Positions 10,903 through 21,900 are shown, numbered from the stretch's first letter. The stretch: DNA of 42,729 bases from Gammaproteobacteria bacterium (GCA_033720815.1 JAWWBT010000003.1:1-42729), one strand, 5' to 3'. Numbers and translations are program-made. Notes: a model not told the origin generated them from the sequence alone.

Positions 10903-12603
10903 ATGAAAGAGCTTGTGAAGCTGCTATCCGTCGTACTGTTCGGCACGTTGCTGCTGGCTGCTTGCGAGCAGCGCAGCGAGACCGGGACGACACCGTCGCG
11001 CCTGGAGGTTGCCGATCGCATCAGCGTCGACAATATTCGCAGCCACGTGGAATTCCTGGCCGATGACCTGCTCGAAGGACGCGAAACCGGTACGCGCGGA
11101 TACGATATTGCCGCGAACTACGTTGCCACGCAGTACGAACTGATGGGCCTTGAACCCGCTGGCGATGCAGGCAGTTACCTGCAGGACGTCACATTCCGTC
11201 GCGCCATCCCGGCTGGCGGTAGCGCGAGCCTGGAGATCAATGGCGAGACGCGCCCGCTGGATATTCCGGGAGATATCGTGCTGTCCGGTTCCTTCTACCA
11301 GGCCGAACAGTCTACCGCCGGTGACCTGGTCTTTGTCGGCAACGGTGTGAGTGCCCCGGAATTCGGTTATGACGATTACGAAGGCGTGGATGTTGAAGGG
11401 CGAATCGTCGTGATGATGCGTTACGGTACGGCTCCCGCCCTGCCGGAAAGCGAGCGTGCGCATTTCTCTGCGACTTCCGTGCGCATGGAAGCCGCAGCGA
11501 ACAAGGGCGCGAGCGGCGTCATCTTTCTCTATCACCCGGAGTTCAAGGAACGCGCGAGCTGGGACTACATCAGCGGTGCCGTCACTGACGGTGACCTGAG
11601 CTGGGTAAACCTGGATGGCAGCGTGCCCGATGCATTGCCCGAGCTGAAGATCGTTGCACGGGCGAGTTACTCGCTTGCCGATGAACTGATGGCAACCGTT
11701 GGCGGCTGGAATGCGGTGCAGGAAAAACTGGATGCCGGCGAAGTCGCCTCGCAGGAAATTCCTGCGCACCTGGAAGCTACCGGTATCACCGAGTGGGAGG
11801 ACTTCACTTCACCGAACGTTGCTGCCGTGTTGCCGGGTAGCAATCCCGATCTAGCGGATGAATACGTGCTGTACAGCGGTCATCTTGATGCCGTGGGCAT
11901 GAGCAATGACGAAGAAGCCGAGGACCGCATTCGCAATGGCGCCTACGACAATGCCGTGGGCATCGGCATCATGCTCGAGGTGGCGCGCGTGTTTACCACC
12001 ATGGAAGAACAGCCGGAACGCTCCATCCTTTTCCTTGCTGTCACCGGCGAAGAGCAGGGCCTGCTGGGCTCCGAGTACTGGGCCGCGAACCCGACCGTAC
12101 CGCTGGACAAGGTTTCTGCAAACGTGAACCTCGACATGCCGGTGCTTACCTTCCCGCTGGCCGATGTGATTGCCTATGGCGCGGAGCATTCGGAGATGGA
12201 AGCCATCGTGCGTGAACAGGCCGCGACACAGGGCCTCGAGCTCAGCGATGATCCCTGGCCGGAGCAGCGCATCTTCACGCGCAGCGACCAGTATTCATTC
12301 GTCAAGGCGGGAGTGCCTGCCGTGTTCCTGGTGCCGGGCTGGACGTCTTCAGATCCGGACATTGATGGTGAAGCAAAGATGCGTGAATTCGAATCCGAGC
12401 ATTACCACCAGCCCAGCGATGACCTGGATCGCGCCTTTGACCGTGATTCGGCCAGGCGTTTCGCCGCGACCAATTTCCTGATCGGACTGGATATCGCCAA
12501 CCGCAACCGCATGGTTGCCTGGTTCAAGGGTGATTACTTTGGCGAAATGTATGGCGAGCGTTTCGTCGAAGGTGGTGCGAACAGCGGCGATGGCGGGAAG
12601 TAG
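10903..12603 (+). CDS. M28 family metallopeptidase lipoprotein with PA domain
   Basis: GGAGG RBS, lipobox LLAA-C, LEGRETGTRG, SGHLD, NGAYDNAVG, TGEEQGLLGS, NVNLDM, RSDQYSF, YHQPSD. Confidence 0.92.
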   Translation: MKELVKLLSVVLFGTLLLAACEQRSETGTTPSRLEVADRISVDNIRSHVEFLADDLLEGRETGTRGYDIAANYVATQYELMGLEPAGDAGSYLQDVTFRRAIPAGGSASLEINGETRPLDIPGDIVLSGSFYQAEQSTAGDLVFVGNGVSAPEFGYDDYEGVDVEGRIVVMMRYGTAPALPESERAHFSATSVRMEAAANKGASGVIFLYHPEFKERASWDYISGAVTDGDLSWVNLDGSVPDALPELKIVARASYSLADELMATVGGWNAVQEKLDAGEVASQEIPAHLEATGITEWEDFTSPNVAAVLPGSNPDLADEYVLYSGHLDAVGMSNDEEAEDRIRNGAYDNAVGIGIMLEVARVFTTMEEQPERSILFLAVTGEEQGLLGSEYWAANPTVPLDKVSANVNLDMPVLTFPLADVIAYGAEHSEMEAIVREQAATQGLELSDDPWPEQRIFTRSDQYSFVKAGVPAVFLVPGWTSSDPDIDGEAKMREFESEHYHQPSDDLDRAFDRDSARRFAATNFLIGLDIANRNRMVAWFKGDYFGEMYGERFVEGGANSGDGGK

Positions 12604-12618
12604 CCGCAAGCTGCAACC

Positions 12619-12654
12619 CATGAAAAAGCCCGGCTCCGGCCGGGCTTTTTCATG
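12619..12654. terminator. bidirectional intrinsic terminator
   Basis: CATGAAAAAGCCCGGC-tccg-GCCGGGCTTTTTCATG between the convergent peptidase and gshA genes. Confidence 0.9.
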
Positions 12655-12660
12655 CAGGTA

Positions 12661-14241
12661 TCAGGCTTCGTCGAACTGCCGCGAGAAATAGTCCGCCAGG
12701 TATGTGTCGAAATCGCTGGTTTCCGATTCCTCGAGACGCTTGCGTTCTGCGAGCGATTCCTCGGCTTCACGCTTGTAGCGCGCGGCCAGTTCGTCCGACA
12801 GTGGTTCGGCGAGATGCGCCTGCTGGTGTTCGATCGACTTGCGCAAGGCGAATGCATTGAAGGATTCGTTGCGTTCGCGCATTTCGTCCAGCATGCGTGC
12901 CGAGGGTGTCATTTCCGGGTGGGCGGCAAGTTCACGGGTATTGTCCAGCGCACGTGAATAGCGATTGCCGTTCTCGCAACCATCGAGCAACTCGGCGACG
13001 GGACGCATGACGTCGATCATTTCCAGCACCCAGTCCTTCAGCAAGACGTCTCGACCGCCACGCTTCAGGGTCAAGCCTGGCTGGCGACCACGAATGGCAA
13101 CGCGTTCCTGGTTGTAATTGATTTCCGCCTGTTCGACCGGGCGGATCATCGGGCTTTCCGTAACCAGGCAGAAGACGAGGAAGACCTCCAGGAAATCCAG
13201 CTGCTCCCGGTTGACCCCGGCCGGCTCGAAGGCATTCACATCGAGTGCGCGGACCTCGATGTATTTCACGCCGCCACGCTTCAGTGCATGCGTCGGCTTT
13301 TCACCCGAACGGGCAATGTTCTTCGGGCGAATGAAGCTGTAGTACTCGTTCTCGATCTGCAGGATGTGGTTGTTCAACTGTCGGTATTCGCCGTCAACCT
13401 TCACGCCGATACGGTCGTAATCCTTCCACGGCGTCTCGATGGCGTAGGTGAGGCTGTCCACATAGGCATCGAGGCTGTTGTAGGAAATGTTCAGTGCAGC
13501 CTGCACCTTGTTCTTGTAGCCGATGTCACTCATGCGCAGTGACGTGGCATGCGGCAGGTACAGGGTATGGCGATCGAAACGCTCGAACCCATTGAAACCT
13601 TCGGGCAGGAAGCTGCGACACACGGCAGGCGAGGCGCCGAACAGGTACGGAATGATCCAGCCGACACGCTGGAAATTGCGGATGAGCGCGAAATAGCTCG
13701 TGGTACGCAAGGCGAAGTCACTACCCTCGAAACCCGAGACGTCGCGCCATGCCGGCCAGAAAACCTCGGGCACCGAATAGTTGAAGTGCACGCCGGAAAT
13801 CGTCTGCATGCGACGACCATAGCGATGGCCGAGGCCGCGGCGGTAGATGTGCTTCATCATCCCGACATTGGATGTGCCGTACCAGGCGATCGGGATTTCA
13901 TCATCCGCCTCCAGGATGCACGGCATGCTGGTTGCCCAGAGCAGTTCGTTATCCAGGTTCTGGTAGACGAAACGCTGCACGTTCATCAGGTCATCGATGG
14001 TTGCCGCCGAATCCGCGAAGGGCGGCGTGATGAACTCCAGCAACGCCTCGGAGTAATCGGTGGTTATCTGCGGATGGGTCAGCGTCGAACCGAGCGCGTC
14101 GGGATGTTCCGTCAGGGCCAGGTGGCCGTGCGGGTCGACCCGCAGGCTTTCCTTTTCGAGTCCTTTCAGGCCGCCATGAAACTGGCAGTGGCCATCGGCG
14201 GAACGAAGGGCTTCAAGATGCGCGGGCTTGGGGTAGTTCAA
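12661..14241 (-). CDS. gshA: glutamate--cysteine ligase
   Basis: GLEKESLRV, HP.ALGS.LTHP.ITTDYSEALLEFITP, MQTISGVHFNYS, ATSLRMSDIGY, LQIENEYYS.IRPK, YIEVRALDVN. TTG start; exact start uncertain. Confidence 0.97.
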   Translation of the reverse strand: MNYPKPAHLEALRSADGHCQFHGGLKGLEKESLRVDPHGHLALTEHPDALGSTLTHPQITTDYSEALLEFITPPFADSAATIDDLMNVQRFVYQNLDNELLWATSMPCILEADDEIPIAWYGTSNVGMMKHIYRRGLGHRYGRRMQTISGVHFNYSVPEVFWPAWRDVSGFEGSDFALRTTSYFALIRNFQRVGWIIPYLFGASPAVCRSFLPEGFNGFERFDRHTLYLPHATSLRMSDIGYKNKVQAALNISYNSLDAYVDSLTYAIETPWKDYDRIGVKVDGEYRQLNNHILQIENEYYSFIRPKNIARSGEKPTHALKRGGVKYIEVRALDVNAFEPAGVNREQLDFLEVFLVFCLVTESPMIRPVEQAEINYNQERVAIRGRQPGLTLKRGGRDVLLKDWVLEMIDVMRPVAELLDGCENGNRYSRALDNTRELAAHPEMTPSARMLDEMRERNESFNAFALRKSIEHQQAHLAEPLSDELAARYKREAEESLAERKRLEESETSDFDTYLADYFSRQFDEA

Positions 14242-14339
14242 GGTAGCCTTCCTGCAGGTTTGCGCGGGCGTGAATTATGGGGCAAGAATTCGCGGCACGA
14301 AACCACCGCGTTTGCCGGGCAGTCGAAGTACGGGCAGTC

Positions 14340-14945
14340 TCAACGGCGGAAAATTCGCCGACCGAACACGGCGTTCATCAGGATCGGCAATGAATCACGG
14401 ATGACACTGATGCGGTTGAATACGGAGTTGTAGAGCTTTTCGTAGACGATGCCACCATTCACGATGTCGCGACCCAGGTCGCTACGGTATTCGCGAATAT
14501 TCGCCATGCCATCGATCATGATGTGCAGCACTTCAAGAAGGTCATCGCTGATCGGTTGCAGTGCCTGCAGCGCCAGCTCGTCGTTGTCCTTGTCGGATTT
14601 CACCAGTGTATCCAGGTCGTTGTAGACCTGGGTGAATCGCTGCAGCATGTCATTGCGGATTTCGCAAAGTCGGTCGTAGGGCTTCGCGTATAGCGATTCA
14701 TAGATGAGTCCGCGGCCACGAAGTTCCTCCGTGAGGTCCTTGCGATTGCCGCGCAATTCCTTCATGTGCTCTTTCATCATGAGCAGGACTTCCAGCAGCT
14801 CGGTACTGACCTTCGCGCGCACGGCATTCGCGCGCTTGCGATCCTCCAGCAGCATCTGCATGCGGATCTTGCGCGTAATGTCGCTGTCGATACCGCTTTC
14901 CGGAAATTCCTGCATGACTCCCACTTGCGCCTGCAGCGCGCTCAA
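14340..14945 (-). CDS. hypothetical helical protein with a two-fold internal repeat
   Basis: 201-aa ORF whose TTG overlaps the upstream stop (TTGA); alternative ATG at 14915. Residues 47-97 and 133-183 align without gaps, which argues it is a real protein. Confidence 0.75.
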   Translation of the reverse strand: MSALQAQVGVMQEFPESGIDSDITRKIRMQMLLEDRKRANAVRAKVSTELLEVLLMMKEHMKELRGNRKDLTEELRGRGLIYESLYAKPYDRLCEIRNDMLQRFTQVYNDLDTLVKSDKDNDELALQALQPISDDLLEVLHIMIDGMANIREYRSDLGRDIVNGGIVYEKLYNSVFNRISVIRDSLPILMNAVFGRRIFRR

Positions 14946-15784
14946 TCTTCCAGCAGGTCGAGCGTGTGCTCGACGAGTTCTTGGTCACCCGGCAGGCCGT
15001 GCCCCGGAATGACCAGCTTTGCATCGGGATAGCGCGACATCATGCGGCGCAGGCTGGTCGGCCAGGCCGGTTCGTTCGCATCCCCGGTAAATCCAAGCGA
15101 GCCGGCATAGCGTGACTTCACCATGCAGCCGCCAAACAGCACCTTCGCGTGCGGTACCCAGACAACGATGTTGTCTTCCGTGTGGCCGGGGCCCGGGTGC
15201 AGGAGCTCGATGGCCCTGTCGCCAACCGGCAACGGCAGGTCGATATCGAAGGTGTAATTCGGGGCATACCAGCCGCGCTGGCGAGCGGTATCGGCCGTAT
15301 CCGCCGTGCCATAGACCGGCGTGTTGCGTTCCACGAAGGGGTCGATGCCACCGAGCCGGTCTTCGTGGGCATGCGTTATCACCAGTCGTCTTACCGGCAC
15401 ATCGAAATTCGCTTCCAGCCAGTCCAGCAGGTCATAACTCGCAATCGGCGTCCACGGCGCATCGATGATCGTGATGCCATCCTGCCCGACGAAGAACAGG
15501 CCGTTGGCATGCAGTCGCTGGTCGCCCAGGCTGATGTAGCTGCGGTGCATCCAGACGTCTTCATCAATTTTGAAGACATGCATTTCGGGGCTGACGACCG
15601 TCGGCTGCATGGCGCGGGCGCGCTGCAGGTACTTGATGGTCTGCTCATAATTGCCGCGCGGGTCCGCTGTAGGAACCTCGTCGGGTTCTTCCGACGCGGT
15701 CACCGGTCCCGGTGACGCCGCGAGCAGTAGTGCAAACGCGGCGAGCCAACTGCTTGCCAGCAATGTCTTCATGGCCATGCTCAT
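14942..15784 (-). CDS. subclass B1 metallo-beta-lactamase-like protein, exported
   Basis: Signal peptide, ANGL, IDAPW, THAHEDRLGG (H116/H118/D120), PGPGHTEDNIVVW (H196), LFGGCMVK (C221), LG.TGDA, VIPGHG (H263). Confidence 0.9.
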   Translation of the reverse strand: MSMAMKTLLASSWLAAFALLLAASPGPVTASEEPDEVPTADPRGNYEQTIKYLQRARAMQPTVVSPEMHVFKIDEDVWMHRSYISLGDQRLHANGLFFVGQDGITIIDAPWTPIASYDLLDWLEANFDVPVRRLVITHAHEDRLGGIDPFVERNTPVYGTADTADTARQRGWYAPNYTFDIDLPLPVGDRAIELLHPGPGHTEDNIVVWVPHAKVLFGGCMVKSRYAGSLGFTGDANEPAWPTSLRRMMSRYPDAKLVIPGHGLPGDQELVEHTLDLLED

Positions 15785-16083
15785 GGCGAGTCTCCTTTCA
15801 TGAATTCCATGCGCGCATCCATTTCGCGCAACAGCCCTTCGCGCACGCCGGGATCCAGTGCTGCCCAGTGGCAGTCATGCATCGCGCCGGCCAGCGCCCA
15901 CAGCAGGTTCAATGACGCATCAACGCCACTTGCCCGTACGGCAAGATAGCTGCCGACAGGCCCGATTTCGAGCAATGCCAGGGGACAATCGAGGCCTGCC
16001 ACACGCAGCCACACTGCGGAACGGGGCCCGATATTGCGACATTCCTCCCAGCTCTTCGGGAGGACAGCTGAAAGTTCGCCCAT
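15781..16083 (-). CDS. TfoX/Sxy C-terminal-domain protein
   Basis: AAAGGAG RBS before ATG 16083. NIGPRSAVWL..AG.....L..IG.V..Y..V......SLNLLWALAGA...CHW resembles the TfoX_C pattern. ATGA overlap with the beta-lactamase gene. Confidence 0.8.
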   Translation of the reverse strand: MGELSAVLPKSWEECRNIGPRSAVWLRVAGLDCPLALLEIGPVGSYLAVRASGVDASLNLLWALAGAMHDCHWAALDPGVREGLLREMDARMEFMKGDSP

Positions 16084-16145
16084 GGCGGTGCTCCTTTGTG
16101 GGACATCATACTCCATGGCTATACTGCGGCGCATGTTCCGAACGG

Positions 16146-18914
16146 ATGATGAGGCCTGAGGTGCCGAAGGACTGGATCGCCGCCGTCGAGCGCGGCGCAA
16201 CGCTGGTTACCGCCAGTGATCGCCTCTCTCGCCAACTCCTGCAGCAGTACGCTGATCACCAGCTCGCCGCCGGCCGGGAGGCGTGGCCGCGCCCGGATAT
16301 CCTGCCGCAGGGCGCGTTCTGGCGCCGGCTCTTCGATCGCCTGCACGAGGATGGTGCAATCCTGTCGCAGCCTCTCGGCGCGCTAGCCACCGCCGCCTGG
16401 TGGGAGCAGGCCGTTTCGAACAGCTTCCGCGAGCAACCGCTGCTTGCCACCGCGGGTGCTGCACGCACCGCGCTGGACGCATGGACCCTGCTGCGAGAAT
16501 GGCAACTTGATGCGAATGAGTTACGGGATGATTTTCTCGACGAGGCAAGGCTGTTGCACCGCTGGGGTACGGAATTCGAAGCAGAATGCGCGGCGCGCGG
16601 CTGGCTGCCGGAATACCGCCGTGCAGATGCTGTGATAGCTGCCTGCCGCGACCATCCGGAACTGGTGCCGCAGGAAATCCTGCTCGCAGGTTTCATCGAC
16701 ATGCCACCGGCCAGCCGTGAGCACTGGCAGCAGCTCCAGGCGCTCGGCGCTACGGTGGAAGAACTCGCCGCACCCGATCATGGTGGTGATGCCGTGCGGC
16801 TCGCCTGTGATGACACGCGCGACGAGAACCGGCGCATTGCTGCCTGGGCCGCGACAGCGCTTGCAGCAGATCCGCAACAACGCCTCGCGGTCGTGGTTCC
16901 CGACCTTGCCGGGCGACGTGACAGCCTGCGTCGGGCGCTGCTGGAGACACTGGCGCCGAACTGGTTGCCAACGCTCGATGCTGACGACCTGCCATTCAAC
17001 TTCTCCCTCGGCGAGTCGCTGCTGGAAAGAGCGCTGGTTCGCCACGCCCTGGATCTGCTTGCTGCGCTCGCAGATGACAGCCTCGAATTCGTGGTCGCAG
17101 CGCGGTTGGCGCGGTCACCGTATTTCGGTCCACGTGAGGAAATCGCCGCACGTCATGAGCTCGAAGCAGAACTTCGTGCGAGGTCCTACGCGGAATTCAG
17201 CCTGCGTGATTTTTCCTACCGCGCCCGCGAGTCGCATTGCCCTGCATTCGCGCAGGCCCTTGATTCAGCGCGCGAGCGTTTCATCGAGAGTCGCCAGCAA
17301 GGCAACAAGGGCGGTCAGCGGCTTCCTTCGGCCTGGGCGCGCGAAGCGAGTCGCTGGCTGGAAGTTGCAGGCTGGTGTGGCCGTGGTGCGCGGACGCTGG
17401 ACAGCCATGAATTCCAGGCGCGCGATGCGTTCACGGACCTGCTGGGTCGGCTTGCCGAACTGGATGACACCATTGGCCATTGCCGTTTCGATATTGCGCT
17501 CGGCTGGCTGCGACGGCTCGCCAGCGAAACGCTGTTCCAGCCGCGCGTTGCCGTGGCGCCCGTGCAGGTGCTTGGCCTGTTCGAAGCGACCGGCATGGCC
17601 TTCGATGCGATATGGATTGCGGGTCTCGATGACGAGACCTTGCCGGCCGCGCCGCATCCGAACCCGTTCCTGCCGCTGGCAATGCAACGCGAGCATGAAC
17701 TGCCGCAATCATCAGCGGTTCGCGAGCAGGCATTTGCCGAACGTCTTTTCAACGGCCTCCTGCGTGCCGCACCGGACGTCACCTGCAGCTTTGCCCGTCT
17801 TGATGGCGATGCGGAACGTCGCGCGTCCGCGTTGCTCGATGCCCTGAACGAAGGTTCCTCGCCGGCACTGCCTGAAACACTGGCGGAATCCTGGCTGGGC
17901 AACGCCTCGCTCGAAAGCTTTACCGACACCACGGGTCCGGCACTGGACTCGGCGCGCAGCAGTGGCGGTACCGGCTTGCTGGCAGACCAGTCGGCCTGTC
18001 CGTTTCGCGCGTACGCCGCACGTCGCCTCGAAGCCGACGACTGGCCGACGCCGACGCCGGGTCCGGATGCATTGCTGCGCGGGTCACTGTTGCACGGCGT
18101 GCTGGAAATCCTCTGGCGTCGCTGGCGCGATCGCGCAGAACTCGCTCGACGTGTCGAATCCTCCGAGGTGCATGAAGACATTGCCGCGGCCGTCGATGCA
18201 GTGCTTGAAGACAGCCAGCGCCGTGAACGGTATCGCTGGCGCGACAGCCTGTTGAGCGTCGAGCGTGATCGTCTTCGGGCCGCCGTGCTGCGCTGGGTGG
18301 AATTCCATGAACTGGAGCGCCCGGATTTCAGTGTGATCGAAGTGGAAGGTCATCCGACCGATGCGCCGCCGCCGGCCAATGCCGATTACACGCGGGGTCT
18401 CGTGCACGTGCAGGCCGGGCCGCTGACCTTGCGCGGCAAGCTTGACCGTGTCGATCGTCTTGCCGATGGCAGCGAACTCATCATTGACTACAAGACCGGC
18501 AGCGCGCCCGCGCCGGGGCATTTCTTCGGCGAGCGGCCACTGGCGCCGCAGCTTCCTGCTTACGTGATTGCGCGGCGCCAGGCCGGCAAGCCGGTGCCTG
18601 CAGGTATTGCTGTTGCATCATTGAAGGCAGGCGCTGAAGGGCTGCGCGGCATCCTCAGGACCGACGACCCGGAAGCGAAATCCACCGGCATCACCGGGCT
18701 CGCACCGGTCCACAAGAGCAAGGCGGTTATTGACTGGGACGAGGCGGTCAACGGTTGGGAAAACATGCTGGAGCGGTTGGGCAGCGAATTCGCGGCAGGC
18801 CACGCCCAGGTTGATCCATTGCCGGGTGCCTGTGATTACTGCCACCTTGCACCGCTTTGCCGGATTCATGAATTGCGCGCGGCCGGCGCGCTGGAGGAGG
18901 TCGACGATGAGTGA
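16146..18914 (+). CDS. AddB-like PD-(D/E)XK nuclease subunit (DSB repair)
   Basis: Degenerate helicase-like N-terminus with no Walker A. C-terminal ACPF..YA..RL, RGSLLHGVLE, LRGKLDRVD, IIDYKTG, PQL..Y and CDYCHLAPLC (four Cys of the Fe-S staple). Overlaps the addA-like gene. Confidence 0.88.
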   Translation: MMRPEVPKDWIAAVERGATLVTASDRLSRQLLQQYADHQLAAGREAWPRPDILPQGAFWRRLFDRLHEDGAILSQPLGALATAAWWEQAVSNSFREQPLLATAGAARTALDAWTLLREWQLDANELRDDFLDEARLLHRWGTEFEAECAARGWLPEYRRADAVIAACRDHPELVPQEILLAGFIDMPPASREHWQQLQALGATVEELAAPDHGGDAVRLACDDTRDENRRIAAWAATALAADPQQRLAVVVPDLAGRRDSLRRALLETLAPNWLPTLDADDLPFNFSLGESLLERALVRHALDLLAALADDSLEFVVAARLARSPYFGPREEIAARHELEAELRARSYAEFSLRDFSYRARESHCPAFAQALDSARERFIESRQQGNKGGQRLPSAWAREASRWLEVAGWCGRGARTLDSHEFQARDAFTDLLGRLAELDDTIGHCRFDIALGWLRRLASETLFQPRVAVAPVQVLGLFEATGMAFDAIWIAGLDDETLPAAPHPNPFLPLAMQREHELPQSSAVREQAFAERLFNGLLRAAPDVTCSFARLDGDAERRASALLDALNEGSSPALPETLAESWLGNASLESFTDTTGPALDSARSSGGTGLLADQSACPFRAYAARRLEADDWPTPTPGPDALLRGSLLHGVLEILWRRWRDRAELARRVESSEVHEDIAAAVDAVLEDSQRRERYRWRDSLLSVERDRLRAAVLRWVEFHELERPDFSVIEVEGHPTDAPPPANADYTRGLVHVQAGPLTLRGKLDRVDRLADGSELIIDYKTGSAPAPGHFFGERPLAPQLPAYVIARRQAGKPVPAGIAVASLKAGAEGLRGILRTDDPEAKSTGITGLAPVHKSKAVIDWDEAVNGWENMLERLGSEFAAGHAQVDPLPGACDYCHLAPLCRIHELRAAGALEEVDDE

Positions 18915-21900
18915 TCGCATGCCTGCCGACCAGCAGCAACGCGAACGCGCGCTCGACCCATCGCGCTCGGTGATCGTGCAGGCGCCGGCAGGTTCCGGCA
19001 AGACCGGCCTGCTCACGCAGCGCTTCCTGCGCCTGCTGGCGATGGTTGAGCAGCCGGAGGAAATCGTTGCGATCACCTTCACGCGCAAGGCCGCAGCGGA
19101 AATGCGCGAAAGAATTCTTGATGCCATGCGCGAAGCGCGTAGTGGTACGGCAGCCGATTCACCGAATCGCCAGCGAACCCGCGATCTGGCAACGGCTGCG
19201 CTAGAACGGGATGAGGATCGCGGCTGGGGCCTGCTCGGCAATCCGTCGCGCCTGCGCATCATGACCATCGATGCGTTCAACGCGATGCTGACGCGGCAGA
19301 TGCCCGTGACTTCGCAATTCGGCCAGCAACCGGCGATTGCCGAAGACGGCATGACGATCTGTCGTGACGCCGCGCGTCGGCTGCTGCGTCTCGCTGATCG
19401 TGACGACGCACCTGCGCAATCGATCCGCCTTTTGCTCGCGCACCTCGATAATCGCCTCGATGATGCCACCGAGCTGGTTGCGATGATGCTGGCGAAACGT
19501 GACCTGTGGTTGCGGCATCTCGATATTCACGGACTTGATCGCGAAACCCTGGAAGCAAATCTCGCGACCGAGGTATCGCTGGTGCTCGAGGCGTTATGGC
19601 GCGAACTGCCGGCCGGCCTTCTCGACAACATCATGGAGCGTGTCGCGGTGGCGGCGAGGCTGCTTCGTGATGGCGAGTTGCTCGATGAAAAGAACGAATG
19701 GCTCCTGCCACTCGCGGAACTCGAGCGCAATCCAGAGCGGCGTGCCGACGAGCTGGATTACTGGAAGGCCATCGGTCGCTTCCTGCTGACCGCAAACGGC
19801 GAGGGCGACCTGCGCAAGCCGGGCGGCCTGCGTGCCGACGGTGGCTTCCCGCCGCCGAGTCGTGCCAAGGGCGAAGAAAAGGCTGCACGTGAACAGCACA
19901 AGGCCGCGATGGTGGAAATCCTTGCCGCCCTCGACGATGTACCGGTCGCGGTTGGTCTCCTGAAACGCGTTTCGCGATTGCCGGTGCCGCGGTACTCGGA
20001 CGAACAATGGCAGGTGCTGGATGCGATCAACACGCTGTTGCCGTACGCCGTCATCAGCCTGCAGGAACAGTTTCGTGACCGTGGCGAGGTGGATTTCGCG
20101 GAGCTTGCGATTCGTGCCCGCGATGCGCTGGGCGATGAAGAAAACCCGACCGAGCTCGCGATGCGCCTCGACTACCAGGTGCGTCACTTATTAGTGGATG
20201 AATTCCAGGACACCTCGCACAGCCAGATCGACCTGTTGTTGCGCCTGACGCGCGGCTGGGAACCAGGCGATGGCCGCAGCCTGTTCCTGGTCGGTGACCC
20301 GATGCAGTCGATCTATGCCTTCCGCGAGGCCGAAGTGGGTCACTTCCTCACCGTTCGCGATATCGGGCTGGGGCCGTTACCGCTGGAATCGTTGCGACTG
20401 AATGCGAATTTCCGCTCACAGGCGGGCATTGTCGAATGGGTGAACCGCGCCTTTGGTGGCGACGCTGCGGAAGGTATTCGCGGGATATTCCCTCGTGAGG
20501 ACCGGCCCGCCGTTGGCGCGATCGCGTACGAGCCGTCGACTGCCACGCATGACGCCCTGCCCGGTGCCGCGGTACAGGTACATGCCTTTGCGCCGGTGCC
20601 CGGTGACAGCGCGGCCGAACAGGAAGCAGCGCGAGTGGTCGAACTGTTGCGGGAAGCGGCGCAGGATCCCGAAACCGGAAGCTCTGCCATCCTGGTGCGC
20701 GGTCGTCGTCACCTGGTGAAGATATTGCCGGCGTTGCGCGAAGCGGGAATCCGTTTTCATGCCGTCGAACTGGAATCGCTGGAATCACAGCCGGAGATCC
20801 AGGACCTGCTGGCACTGACACGTGTCGTGATCAACCCCTCGGATGTCACCGCGCTTTACGCGGTTTGCCGGGCACCATGGTGTGGCATGACGCTGGCCGA
20901 ACTGCAGGCGCTGCACGACATGGCTGCCAGCGGTGAGCGCCCGGCCTGGCAGCAGTTGCTGGACGACGAATTCCACACCTCGCTTGATTCAACGTCAGGC
21001 TCCCGGGTGCGCAGGCTTGCCGATGCCTTGCAAGGCAGCTGGGACAAGGTTGGACGCCGCAGCCTGCGCGAGCGGGTTGAAGCCGCATGGCTTGCCGTCG
21101 GTGGGCCTGCGGTGCTGCGCGAAGCGGATGAACTGGAAAACACCACATTGTTCTTCGAATTGCTGCAGCAACTCGAAGAGGCGGGCGATATCGACGATGT
21201 GAACGTGCTCGATGAACGACTCGTGTCCCTGTATGCCGCCGCGGACCCTGCAGCCGGCGATGCGGTGCAGCTGATGACGCTGCACAAGGCCAAGGGCCTG
21301 CAGTTCGACACCGTGATCATCCCTGCGCTGGACCAGGTGACCGGCATGAAGGACCGGTTGCTGTTTCACTGGATCGAACGCCCCGATGCGCAGGGGCATG
21401 ACCGCGTACTGCTCGGGCCGCTGAAGTCACGACTCGACGAGGAAGGTGGCGACATCTATCGCTTCATCGAGCAGTTACGCGACGAAAAGGCGGATTTTGA
21501 ACTGGCGCGACTGCTTTATGTTGGTGTCACGCGTGCCGAACGACGCGTGCAACTGCTCGGCAAGGCGCGTTTCACGAGAAATCGCGACGGCATTGCGCAA
21601 CTCGCGAACCCCCGATCGGGCAGCCTGCTGGCGTTGCTCTGGGAACTACCCGAGGTGCGTAGCGCGTTCGAAGCATTGCCGCTTCCGGATGCCGACGAGG
21701 AGTCTGCTGCGGCGACACCGCTGGAACAACAGCTCAGGCGTGTTGCCGGTGACTGGTCGCCACCGCCGTTGCCCACAGGTCCGTCGCTGGCAATGAAAGG
21801 CCGCGCGACGGCCAGTGAACAGCAGGTCGTTTACGAATGGGCGGGTGATCGTGTTCGACACACCGGCACGCTGGTGCACAGGATCCTCGAGCGGATTGCG

